A DNA stretch of 64,000 bases from Patescibacteria group bacterium (GTDB lineage: Bacteria > Patescibacteriota > Microgenomatia > JAMCYU01), in the NCBI GenBank assembly GCA_023473585.1, contig JAMCYU010000009.1:19487-83486 (forward strand), read 5' to 3'. Shown here piece by piece: positions 28,620 to 37,622 of the stretch. The notes beneath the pieces are model-generated. The model was not told where the DNA came from. It saw nothing but the letters and a program-made list of their open reading frames with translations, and searched no databases. A program made the position numbers and the translations under genes. Within the stretch, counting starts at the first letter, position 1. Every line of letters begins with the position of its first letter.

Positions 28620-31600
28620 TAAGTCTTGTGTTTTTGAAGATGCTGGTAAACCTGTCTTTCGACAAATTCGGCTTGTTTACCGGCATTCCATTGCACTACC
28701 GGCCGAAGATAACCGACGATTCTTGACCAAACCTCGCAGGTTTTACCACATTCTGGACAAGTTTTTTGTTCACCTTTAAGATATCCGTGAGAAGGACAGA
28801 TACTAAAAGTCGGCGTTAAGGTATAGTAAGGCAAATGATAATTTTGGGCAATCTTCTGGACTAGATTTTTGACGGAAGCGGTGTCCGGAAGGCTTTCGCC
28901 CAAAAAGCCGTGCAAAACCGTACCCCCGGTATATTTCGTCTGTAAATCGTCCTGAAGATTTAAGGCTTCAAAAAGATCGTCGGTAAAATTAACCGGCAAA
29001 TGAGTCGAATTGGTATAAAATGGTTCCGCGTGATCTTTGGCGATTTCTTCCTCATTGGCACAGATGATATCAGGATAAGCTTTTTTATCAAGCTTGGCCA
29101 GATGATAAGAAGTCCCTTCGGCCGGCGTCGCCTCCAGATTAAACATCTGGTCGGTTTCTTTTTGATAAATCAAAAGCTTCGTCCGCATAAAATCCAGAAT
29201 TTCCTGGGCAAAGGCTTTCCCCTCTTCATCGCCGATGGTTTTCCCCATAAAATTCAAAAGTGATTCATTCATGCCGATTAAACCAATCGTGTTAAAATGA
29301 TTTTTCCAGTATTCGCCGAAACGGTCTTTAATCGCCCCTAAATAGACCTTGGAATAGGGATAAAGTCCTTCGTCGGTAAACTGTTCGACGATCGTTCTTT
29401 TAAGCATCGTCGCCTCTTTCGCCAAATCCATCAAATGAGAGAGTTTTTCGAAATATTCTTTTTTGTTTTTGGCCAAATAGCCAATCCGGGGAAGATTAAT
29501 CGTGATAACGCCTAAGCTGCCGGTTAAAGGGTAGGCCCCGAAAAGACCGCCGCCCCTTTTGGCCAATTCACGGTTGTCTAAACGTAAGCGGCAATTATGA
29601 GTTAAAATACCGGTCGTACCGACCGTAAACATTGGCCTGCCATTTTTTACCTCAAAACAATAAGCGGTTGAATTACTAATTTGTTCTATGGATTTTATTT
29701 TTACCCATAGTTTTTTATCCTTTTTAAACCAAATATCCCCGTATTTCTTTCTGTTTAATTGATAAACTAAAACTGCATAATTAGTTTCTTTTCCAAAACG
29801 ATCCTGTCGGTTATCTCTATATATAGAAGTTGTCGTTCCCAATGTTGCCGCTAACATATTCAGGGTTTCTACCATTTTTTTCGAAGAAGTATAAATTCTA
29901 TGTCTGTTACCCCCATCAGTAGCATAATGTCCAGTAATCACTCCCTCTCTAAATTCTTGACTCATACCAAAAATACGAGCGGAATAATATTTTTCTCTTT
30001 CTTTTCCGGAAACGAAATCCTGACATAAACCAACCGCCGCTTTGGAATGGATTTTTAAGGTAAAAAGTTTCGTTTCCTGGGATGGCGAAACAGACCAATG
30101 GGCTCCAAAATATTTTTCACTAATCTTTTGCAATCGGGTGATTACCTGCTTTTTCTTTTCATTTTCTAACGAAAAAATAACTGTTGTTTCCCCGTCAAAC
30201 GATCCATCGCCCGCATAAGCACCGACAAAATATCCCAAATCTCTATTTCCACCTGATCCTTTCATCATCTTTAAGGAATAAGGTAAAAACATACCTTTTT
30301 TTAATTCTTTGCCTTTTAATTCTTGAGTTTTTGATTCTTGATCAAAAGTGACGAAATTTAAATGTTCTTCACTAATTTTTATTTCGTGTCCATTTTCCAA
30401 CGTTACTTTAATCATTTTTTGGTTTTCAAACTTATTAAATACTCCCTTAACAAAATCTCCGTCACTATAAATTTCATATTCATTATTTTTACCATTACCT
30501 TCATATATATTTTTAATCTCACTGTATTCCAAATCTCGCCCCCGGCTTGACTTAATTAAAACTTTTTCATCACCGGCTAAAGGGCACATGCTTCGGGCAT
30601 CCTCTGGTTTCATATCGGAATTGACAAAATTGGAAAAATAGGGAATGCCGTATTTTCTCGTCATTTCCCAAATCCCCTCATAATTGGGATTATTCCAGGC
30701 AAAATCCTTGGTGATATTGTATGTCGGGATGGGAAAAGTAAAAACCCGTCCCTTGGCATCGCCCTCAAGCATCACTTCGGCAAAAGCTTTATTAAACGAA
30801 TCGACTTCTTTTTGAAAATCACCATAAGTTTTATCCTGGGTCTTGCCGCCGATAAGGACCGGCTCTTTAGCAAGATGTGTAGGAATATTAAGATCCAAAG
30901 TCACGTTGGTAAAAGGCGTCTGGAAGCCAACGCGGGTCGGCACGTTCATATTAAAAACAAACTCCTGCAGGGCCTGCTTAACTTCCTTGTAAGAAAGATG
31001 GTCGTAGGCAATAAAAGGCGCTAAAAGCGTATCAAAACTCGAGATCGCCTGGGCCCCGGCCGATTCTCCCTGAAGGGTGTAAAAGAAATTGACCAGTTGT
31101 CCCAGGGCGGTCCGAAAATGTTTGGGCGGTTTACATTCAACCTTACCAACCACGCCGCCAAAACCCCTAAATAATAGGTCCCTTAAATCCCAACCGCAAC
31201 AATAGGCCGCCAGGATTTGTAAATTATGAATATGCAAATCACCATTAGTATGGGCTTCTCTTATCTGCGGCGGGTAGATTTTATTAAGCCAATAATTGGC
31301 GGAAATCACCGAGGCGACATGATTGTTTAGGCCCTGAAGAGAATAGGCCATATTGCTGTTCTCCCGAACCCGCCAGTCAAGCTTAGCAAGATAATCGCCG
31401 ACTAATTCGTCGGAATCAATAAGGGAATGGACATCGCGGACCCGGCTTCGCAAATCCCGGTAAAGAATATAAGCGCGGGCGACATCATAATGTCCGTGAT
31501 GCATTAAAACTTCTTCGATAAGGTCCTGAATTTCTTCAACTTGAGGAATGATTTTACCATCATAGCGGGCCTCCAATTTTTCCATCACTTTATCTCCTAA

Positions 31601-31735
31601 ATAACGAACCCGCTCCCCATCTTTTTCGCCAATGGCCCTAAAAGCCTTTTCCATGGCGTTGATAATTTTTAAAGGATTGAATTTAACAATCCGGCCGTTT
31701 CTTTTTTTGATTTGTTTGATGGTTGTTTTGGTCAT
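28619..31735 (-). CDS. nrdD: Class III anaerobic ribonucleoside-triphosphate reductase with ATP cone, intein-containing
   Basis: ATP cone, RSMC..CRL finger loop split by the intein, EATPAEG, zinc site and glycyl motif SRIVGYLRP. Confidence 0.95.
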   Translation of the reverse strand: MTKTTIKQIKKRNGRIVKFNPLKIINAMEKAFRAIGEKDGERVRYLGDKVMEKLEARYDGKIIPQVEEIQDLIEEVLMHHGHYDVARAYILYRDLRSRVRDVHSLIDSDELVGDYLAKLDWRVRENSNMAYSLQGLNNHVASVISANYWLNKIYPPQIREAHTNGDLHIHNLQILAAYCCGWDLRDLLFRGFGGVVGKVECKPPKHFRTALGQLVNFFYTLQGESAGAQAISSFDTLLAPFIAYDHLSYKEVKQALQEFVFNMNVPTRVGFQTPFTNVTLDLNIPTHLAKEPVLIGGKTQDKTYGDFQKEVDSFNKAFAEVMLEGDAKGRVFTFPIPTYNITKDFAWNNPNYEGIWEMTRKYGIPYFSNFVNSDMKPEDARSMCPLAGDEKVLIKSSRGRDLEYSEIKNIYEGNGKNNEYEIYSDGDFVKGVFNKFENQKMIKVTLENGHEIKISEEHLNFVTFDQESKTQELKGKELKKGMFLPYSLKMMKGSGGNRDLGYFVGAYAGDGSFDGETTVIFSLENEKKKQVITRLQKISEKYFGAHWSVSPSQETKLFTLKIHSKAAVGLCQDFVSGKEREKYYSARIFGMSQEFREGVITGHYATDGGNRHRIYTSSKKMVETLNMLAATLGTTTSIYRDNRQDRFGKETNYAVLVYQLNRKKYGDIWFKKDKKLWVKIKSIEQISNSTAYCFEVKNGRPMFTVGTTGILTHNCRLRLDNRELAKRGGGLFGAYPLTGSLGVITINLPRIGYLAKNKKEYFEKLSHLMDLAKEATMLKRTIVEQFTDEGLYPYSKVYLGAIKDRFGEYWKNHFNTIGLIGMNESLLNFMGKTIGDEEGKAFAQEILDFMRTKLLIYQKETDQMFNLEATPAEGTSYHLAKLDKKAYPDIICANEEEIAKDHAEPFYTNSTHLPVNFTDDLFEALNLQDDLQTKYTGGTVLHGFLGESLPDTASVKNLVQKIAQNYHLPYYTLTPTFSICPSHGYLKGEQKTCPECGKTCEVWSRIVGYLRPVVQWNAGKQAEFVERQVYQHLQKHKT
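29594..30583 (-). mobile_element. Intein with LAGLIDADG homing endonuclease in NrdD
   Basis: (C)PLAGDEKVLI start, block B SEEH, LAGLIDADG-like YFVGAYAGDG and ITGHYATDGG, end GILTHN/C. The start would be 30586 if Cys is residue 1. Confidence 0.92.
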
Positions 31736-31738
31736 TTT

Positions 31739-32185
31739 TTAAGTTAATTTATCAATCATTTGTTCAAAGTCCGAGAGGTCGTCAAAATCCAGATAAACGC
31801 TGGCGTATCTTAAATAGGCAACCTTATCAATCTTTTTCAATTTTCGTAAAGCTAAGTTTCCAATCGTTTTTGAGGAAATCTCGGTTGTTGCCTTGCCCAA
31901 TAATTCTTTTTCAATCTCCTCAACCAGGCTCTCAATTAAATCCATACTCACCGGTCTTTTCTGACAAGCCTTAATAACTCCTTCCCGCAATTTTTCTCTG
32001 GAAAATGGTTCTCTCCGGCCGTCCTTTTTGGTGACTAATAAAGGTGTCGTCTCGACTCTTTCGTAAGTCGTAAATCTTTTCTTGCACTTAATGCACTCTC
32101 GTCTTCTTCTGGTCGTCGTAAAGTCTTCACTGTCTCGGGTTTCGACGACTTCGGTTTCCTGACTGTCACAATAAGGACATTTCAT
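31739..32185 (-). CDS. nrdR: Transcriptional repressor NrdR
   Basis: MKCPYC, RRRRECxxCxxRFTTYE, ATP cone and VAYLRYASVY. Confidence 0.97.
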   Translation of the reverse strand: MKCPYCDSQETEVVETRDSEDFTTTRRRRECIKCKKRFTTYERVETTPLLVTKKDGRREPFSREKLREGVIKACQKRPVSMDLIESLVEEIEKELLGKATTEISSKTIGNLALRKLKKIDKVAYLRYASVYLDFDDLSDFEQMIDKLT

Positions 32186-32207
32186 CTTTTTCTTTGTGAA
32201 ATAATAA

Positions 32208-32260
32208 GCACTAGATATAGTGCCAAGAAGAATAGTAGGACACTAATCGTAGCCTGTCAA
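32208..32260 (-). promoter_or_regulatory. Tandem NrdR boxes overlapping a sigma70 promoter
   Basis: GCACTAGATATAGTGC (32208-32223) and a weaker ACACTAATCGTAGCCT (32240-32255), 32 bp apart. TTGACA-17 bp-TACTAT on the minus strand. Confidence 0.8.
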
Positions 32261-32451
32261 CTAGGAATGAAGATATCAAAATAGATCAGTTTAAAAACCA
32301 GCCTTAAAAAGATCAATAACTGACGAAAAGCAAAAGGAGAAAAAATGACCGAATAAACTTTTTATTCGAAATCTTAAGAAGAATAAGCGTTTCGTTCCTA
32401 ATGACCAACGACTGATGACCAATAATTAATTACTCGTATCTATATCTCTCT

Positions 32452-33219
32452 TTATCCTGCCAGCCAGCCGCCGTCAACATAGAAGGTCGCGCCAGTACAA
32501 TAATCAGCCTCATCAGAAGCCAAAAAAACCGCCATCGCCGCAATATCTTCCGGCTTGCCCATTCGACCTTTCGGGATTCTTAGAAGCATTCCCTGTTTAG
32601 CTTTCTCATCCATCGTAATTGTTTTCGTCATGTCGGTTTCAATTACGCCCGGAGCAATGGCGTTGACGTTAATCTTTTGCGGGCTTAATTCCAAAGCCAT
32701 GGCTTCGGTCATGGCGATAATGCCTCCTTTGGTCGCACAATAGTGAGCCAGGTTAGGAAAACCGGTGCCGATTTGTCCCGAAGCAATGGAGGCGATATTA
32801 ATAATCCTTCCACCTTTTCCTTGTTTAACCATTTGTTTGGCGGCGGCTTGAGCGACTAAAAACTGGCCTTTTAAATTAACGGCGATCATTTTATCCCAGG
32901 TCTCTTCCGTCATTTCCAAAAAAGGCGCGTAAGATAAAATGCCGGCATTATTGACCAAAATATCAATTTTAGAAAACTGCTTAGTCACTTCGTCAACCAT
33001 AAACTCCACTTCTTTTTTCTGGGAAACATCAGCCCGAATCGTTATGGCTTGACGACCCATCTTCTTAATTTCCTGGATAACCTGTTCGGCTTCATTCTCA
33101 CTCGCCGCATAGTTAACCGCTACATCGGCTCCGACTTTCGCCATCGCCAAACAAATCCCCCGGCCGATTCCCCTTGAACCACCGGTGACTAAAACTTTTT
33201 TGCCGCTTAAATCAAACAT
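32452..33219 (-). CDS. SDR family oxidoreductase (FabG-like)
   Basis: TGGSRGIG, LVNNAG, YCATK and NAIAPG. Confidence 0.9.
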   Translation of the reverse strand: MFDLSGKKVLVTGGSRGIGRGICLAMAKVGADVAVNYAASENEAEQVIQEIKKMGRQAITIRADVSQKKEVEFMVDEVTKQFSKIDILVNNAGILSYAPFLEMTEETWDKMIAVNLKGQFLVAQAAAKQMVKQGKGGRIINIASIASGQIGTGFPNLAHYCATKGGIIAMTEAMALELSPQKINVNAIAPGVIETDMTKTITMDEKAKQGMLLRIPKGRMGKPEDIAAMAVFLASDEADYCTGATFYVDGGWLAG

Positions 33220-33783
33220 TTATTTTTGGGTTTTAAGTTCCAAAACTCTTTGGTAGCCCTTTCGAGAATTTTTTAAGGCGTTTTGTAAACCGGGCTTTGC
33301 CTGCTCCGGAGCCTTTTGCAAAACTTCTCCTAAAACTTCAAGATGTTTAGCGATGGAGCTTTCTAACTTTTCGGTTAAACCGCTCGTGTCTTTCCCTTGC
33401 TCTTTGGCTAACCTGGCGGTTTCGATGGCCCGGAGAAGATAGTTTTCGCCTTTATTAATGGTCGTCTGGCCCAGGTCCGCTTTTTGACTTTCGATCAAAG
33501 TTTTGCCCGCGCCTAGTCTTTTATCGGCCATCAAAATTAAAAACTCGGCTTTTTTCAAAGGATCACGGATCAAAAAATCCACCAGTCTGTCTCTTAACAT
33601 TTTTAAGGAATACAAAGGATGATCCGGCAAGATCCCGGGATAGGGCAAAGAATAATTGACTTTAGGTTGAGCGGTGGGGCTGGCCGCTTTTAAGGGGCCC
33701 GCTTGGGTCGCGGCTAGGGTCGTTTTCCCTAAAATTAAAGAAACAAAGATCATTAATAATAGTCCTAAAAATATTTTTCTCAT
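33220..33783 (-). CDS. DUF5667-like secreted helical protein
   Basis: Signal peptide and YSLPYPGILPDHPLYSLKMLRD. Confidence 0.75.
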   Translation of the reverse strand: MRKIFLGLLLMIFVSLILGKTTLAATQAGPLKAASPTAQPKVNYSLPYPGILPDHPLYSLKMLRDRLVDFLIRDPLKKAEFLILMADKRLGAGKTLIESQKADLGQTTINKGENYLLRAIETARLAKEQGKDTSGLTEKLESSIAKHLEVLGEVLQKAPEQAKPGLQNALKNSRKGYQRVLELKTQK

Positions 33784-33930
33784 TTTTTCCTCCTTGCCCT
33801 CCATAGTTTTAACGAAGGAGGGTCTTTTTTTATTATACACGAATTATCAAAAAGTCAAACGGGGGGGGTAGCAAAGAAAGGAAGCTGTCGATAAGATTCC
33901 AGGAAACCAAAGAAACCGAAATTCAAAAGA

Positions 33931-34794
33931 TCAAGAACCAAGAATTATAGCGAAACGAAAGCCGACGTCTTCGTACGAGTAACCAGGAGAAGCCTTGCTG
34001 ATGTGAGCAGCTCCACCGTTACCAAAGAAACCAACAATAATACGGCAAGAACTATCCCCGTGAAATTCTGTGTTTGTCCACTCATAAGTGTTAGTTCCTC
34101 CCCAACCTTCACGATTAGCCAGTAAATTCCACTCATGAACCTCAAGCATTCTCGCGTCCAGACTGCTGGGTAGCCCAGCTTTCCAAAGAATATCTGGTTT
34201 GGCTTTTTGAATGGCAGCTTGGGCATTGTTCCAAATAACATTGAAACGCCTAGAAAGTCCTAACATGTCTCCGCCTGATGTTTCATCCTCATATAAGCTA
34301 TCACGGGAAGGTTTAGGCATAGTTTCTACTGCCAACCAAACTCCAGGAAATCGTGGAAAGTCAATTTCCCCATTCATTACCATCCTCCAATACTCTTCTG
34401 TCAGGTTTCTGCTTATCCACGGGTTGACCCACTCTTGGCTGCTTAATGATTCAACTTTTCTCCAGCCTGGATAGCGTTCCTGAAGCTTTTTTAAATACCC
34501 TTTTTCACCCTTGCTCCTTAAGTCATTAATCGTTCCAATCTCTAGTTTGGGAATAAAACGTAACTCTATTCCCATTCCCTTAAGATTTCTTCGGACTTCA
34601 GGAGTGACATACTCCGGAAGAGGCTGAATTTCAAAATCTACGCCTAAAACTCCTCTCCAAGCATCTTGTTCACTTCTAAGTAATTCGGAAGATGCAGAAG
34701 GGAGTCGCTTGGTGTCAGTCCCTCTTTCACCACGACGCTGAGGAACATCTGAAGGCAGAGTAGGTTTTGGTCTCTCTTTTATGTTTGCTGTCAT
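33931..34794 (-). CDS. Hypothetical protein with a C-terminal CLec/FGE-like tail
   Basis: 287 aa ending TYEWT...GNGGAAHI...DVGFRFAI. Confidence 0.6.
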   Translation of the reverse strand: MTANIKERPKPTLPSDVPQRRGERGTDTKRLPSASSELLRSEQDAWRGVLGVDFEIQPLPEYVTPEVRRNLKGMGIELRFIPKLEIGTINDLRSKGEKGYLKKLQERYPGWRKVESLSSQEWVNPWISRNLTEEYWRMVMNGEIDFPRFPGVWLAVETMPKPSRDSLYEDETSGGDMLGLSRRFNVIWNNAQAAIQKAKPDILWKAGLPSSLDARMLEVHEWNLLANREGWGGTNTYEWTNTEFHGDSSCRIIVGFFGNGGAAHISKASPGYSYEDVGFRFAIILGS

Positions 34795-35021
34795 ATTTGG
34801 CGAATTATACTATAAGCTTAAATCAAAAAGCAAATCCGAAAACGTGATAAAATAAAATCGTGAAAAAAGAAGGTCTTGGTCAATATCGGGATTTTTCCCT
34901 GGCTGATGAAAAGATTGCTTATGCCCTGTCAAAAAATATCAGGATGTTTCGGAACTTTATTGGCAGGCAGGTATTTTTTGCGCGCGCGATTTTTGCTTAG
35001 CTATTGCCAAGCATTTGAGGA

Positions 35022-35387
35022 TTAATTCAAACCAAAAATTCTTTTCATGGTATTTTTTTGAAGCTCTATTGGTACAGGTCCAAACTTATTTTGTTTTTGA
35101 TCTCCCTTCCATAATCCCACATATGTCCAAAGAATTGAATTTATTCCTGGGATAAAACTAAGCAAAGCCCACCAACCAGACTTATTCAAATCATGCAATC
35201 TTCTTATTATCAGTGATGCCATAAATACAAAAAAAGCGCTGAATAGTAGTACTGCTGAAAAATCTATTTCATAAATAATAAGTGGTGGTAGAAATGTTGC
35301 TATTAATGCAAGTACTATTCCACCTACTAGGCTTCCTACCCATATATCACCAATACTTATTCGACCAGAAAAAAGATTTTTAATCAT
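35022..35387 (-). CDS. DUF805 family membrane protein
   Basis: FSGRI, RRLHDLNKSGWW and NKFGP. Confidence 0.85.
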   Translation of the reverse strand: MIKNLFSGRISIGDIWVGSLVGGIVLALIATFLPPLIIYEIDFSAVLLFSAFFVFMASLIIRRLHDLNKSGWWALLSFIPGINSILWTYVGLWKGDQKQNKFGPVPIELQKNTMKRIFGLN

Positions 35388-35474
35388 ATGATTTATAATA
35401 GCATGTGTCAATATTTTTTTCTATCTGCAGACAAACAATAATTATTGTACAACCTAATGATTCAGAAATTCAGT

Positions 35475-35813
35475 AGATTTCTCCCTCGTTTCAGAGGAGG
35501 AATTGCAGGATGTTATTGACGAGATTAACAACCGTCCGAGAAAGATCCTTGGGTATATGACAGCAAGAGAAAAGTTTTATCAATTATTAAGGGAGGAGGT
35601 TAGGGGTTGCGATTGATTATTGACAATGGGTCTGTCCCTTTAGGAAAGTAGTACCTTAAGTGCCAGTTGCCATGTTCGTTTGTCCCCCGTTGTCAGGAAG
35701 AGTACGGATCGGCATGATAGGTCTTCATTTTCAACTCTCCCCGTAACCGGAAGTGAAGATGCGTTTCTCTTCCATTATCCAAAGTTGTAGATTTTCTTGC
35801 AGGAATGGGAAGG
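35475..35813. pseudogene. IS30-family transposase remnant A, internally inverted
   Basis: Minus strand TTLDNGRE...YHADPYSS*QRGTNEHGNWHLRYYFPKGTD continues on the plus strand as FSLVSEEELQDVIDEINNRPRKILGY. Confidence 0.85.
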
Positions 35814-35967
35814 CTGAATTAAAGTTTCAAGTGCCCCACCCGGTCTCCTGGTAAAAAACTTCTGATGGTGTTTGAAAGCCTAATCTTTTTCTCGGACGGT
35901 GGTTTAATTCCCAAGCAATCCAATCAAGACCTGCCTTGGTGATATTAGTCAAATCCGTGCTTTCCAT
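35813..35967 (-). pseudogene. IS30-family transposase remnant B (3' end and terminus)
   Basis: TDLTNITKAGLDWIAWELNHRPRKRLGFQTPSEVF followed by a GCACTTGAAACTTTAATTCAGC end. Confidence 0.8.
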
Positions 35968-36217
35968 AATCCTGAGTTTATTATACATTTTTCAAAAGAT
36001 TTTGCGTAGTGCAACAGCTATTATTTTTTCTTTCTACAACTGGGGCGGCCATTTAAATTATAAAAAATTCTTTAAAATTTTTGCGTTTTTTCTTTGTCTT
36101 TACGAACCGACAGTTCCGGAGGTGCGGCGGGCGGCCTGCCCGCAATGCTTCGCAAAGCGATAGCAGGCGGGGGGCGCCAGTTGACAAATTTTCTTTTTAA
36201 CCGTAAGCTAAAGGTTG

Positions 36218-36451
36218 ATGTCTAAAAAATTACTGCTTAGAAATTTACCGATCATCATTGCCCTCATCGTCTTACTTTTAACCATTCCTCTTTTACTTTT
36301 AGCGGTCACGCAAAAACAGGATATCAGAAAAGAGGCGGCGGAACCGGATCAATTCCCCAAGGTTGACCTTAACAATGACGGTGTCATTAACGCCGTTGAT
36401 TTTAAAATTTACCAAGAGCAATACGCCAAATCGCCTCAACCTTTAAAATGA
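36218..36451 (+). CDS. Membrane-anchored mini-protein with a dockerin/EF-hand-like loop
   Basis: TM helix followed by DLNNDGVINAVDF. Confidence 0.7.
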   Translation: MSKKLLLRNLPIIIALIVLLLTIPLLLLAVTQKQDIRKEAAEPDQFPKVDLNNDGVINAVDFKIYQEQYAKSPQPLK

Positions 36452-36987
36452 TTAATCCTTTTTTGCCGGCTTTGGTCTTCGCGGCTTCGGTTAATTTATC
36501 TTTTGAGGCCGTGCCGCAAATGATTCCGGCCGGTGACGAATTCAGGCTTTCGGTTAATGTCTCCAGCGCCGGCATCCCGACTTTGGGGACTGACGTGGTT
36601 ATTACCTATGATCCGAAGATGGTGGAAGTGACCAAATTTCTGGGTGGGAAAGTTTATCCCCATTATCCGGTGACTTTGGTTGATATTGATAATGTTCACG
36701 GCAAAACCCGATTTAGCGGGACTGCGGATTTATATCAAACAAGGGTGGCGGAAGGTCTTTTGGGCTGGGTTTATTTCCGGGCCAAAAAATCCGGCACCAC
36801 CGAAGTCTCTTTTGTTTGGAAAAAAAACGGGACGGATGAATCTAATATCGTTCCCGATACCGGCGGCCTGGATCTTTTAAAGGAAAAACCAAAGGGGGTT
36901 AATCTGTCTTTTCTTGAGCCGAGTTCAGGAACCCGAGTTTGGATTTTAATTAAACGAATTCTTTCTTTTGACTACTTAAACTTCTAA
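36448..36987 (+). CDS. Cohesin-domain protein
   Basis: GDEFRLSVNV, GTDVVITYDPKMVEV and G.LGWVYFRAKKSG beta-sandwich pattern. Confidence 0.7.
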   Translation: MINPFLPALVFAASVNLSFEAVPQMIPAGDEFRLSVNVSSAGIPTLGTDVVITYDPKMVEVTKFLGGKVYPHYPVTLVDIDNVHGKTRFSGTADLYQTRVAEGLLGWVYFRAKKSGTTEVSFVWKKNGTDESNIVPDTGGLDLLKEKPKGVNLSFLEPSSGTRVWILIKRILSFDYLNF

Positions 36988-36991
36988 AGAA

Positions 36992-37576
36992 CTATTTGTT
37001 ATTTTGGTAATAACCCAATGCCTGGAGAACAATATCTAGAGTTTCGGTTGGTCCGTGGGAATAAGTATTAATGACCAGATCATAATATTTGGTGTCCCAA
37101 AAATCCGTGACCGGCACTTTGTAAATCCTTGACCATTTGGCTAAATTTTTCTCTTCTCTTTTTTTTAAATGCTCTTTGGCCTCATCGACGGTTAAAACAT
37201 CGCGGTTAACAATCCGGTCAATCCGTAGGGCATCGTCACACATTAATAAAACTTTAAGAACCTTTTTAAGACCTCTCATGTTCCATCCGGCAATCCACGA
37301 TTCCACGACATAATGCCCCTCGCCTTCTAACTTTTCTCTCATGGCCACGTCAATTTGATAATCAACCTCGTCCCCGTAAACCGTGGCAAAATGATGTTTG
37401 GAATCATGGGGATTACAAAGACCATGATCAATCGCGTATTGTCTTGACCATTCACCGCCAGAAAAAAAAGTAAAATTTAGAGGTTGCAAATCTTTTTTAA
37501 GATTGGTAAAAAGCGTCGTCCGGCCAACACCCGGCTTGCCGGAAATAGCAATGCTTTGGTATTTAAGTTCCTTCAT
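36992..37576 (-). CDS. cmk: Cytidylate kinase (archaeal type)
   Basis: IAISGKPGVGRTT, SGGEWSR, VVESWIAGW and YDLVINT. Confidence 0.75.
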   Translation of the reverse strand: MKELKYQSIAISGKPGVGRTTLFTNLKKDLQPLNFTFFSGGEWSRQYAIDHGLCNPHDSKHHFATVYGDEVDYQIDVAMREKLEGEGHYVVESWIAGWNMRGLKKVLKVLLMCDDALRIDRIVNRDVLTVDEAKEHLKKREEKNLAKWSRIYKVPVTDFWDTKYYDLVINTYSHGPTETLDIVLQALGYYQNNK

Positions 37577-37622
37577 GGCAAAATTCTATCCCAATTTGCA
37601 GAAAAAAACAAGAAGATTTAAC

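Noticed and set aside
33906-34032. 12-bp repeat ACCAAAGAAACC as a DGR template/variable repeat pair
   Set aside because: Far too short and low in complexity.
35692-35694. In-frame TGA in the IS30 fragment as a sign of stop-codon recoding
   Set aside because: Many intact genes here end in TGA and the element is otherwise broken.
35936-36163. 75-aa plus-strand ORF
   Set aside because: It spans IS debris, an AT-rich spacer and a palindrome, with no protein-like features.
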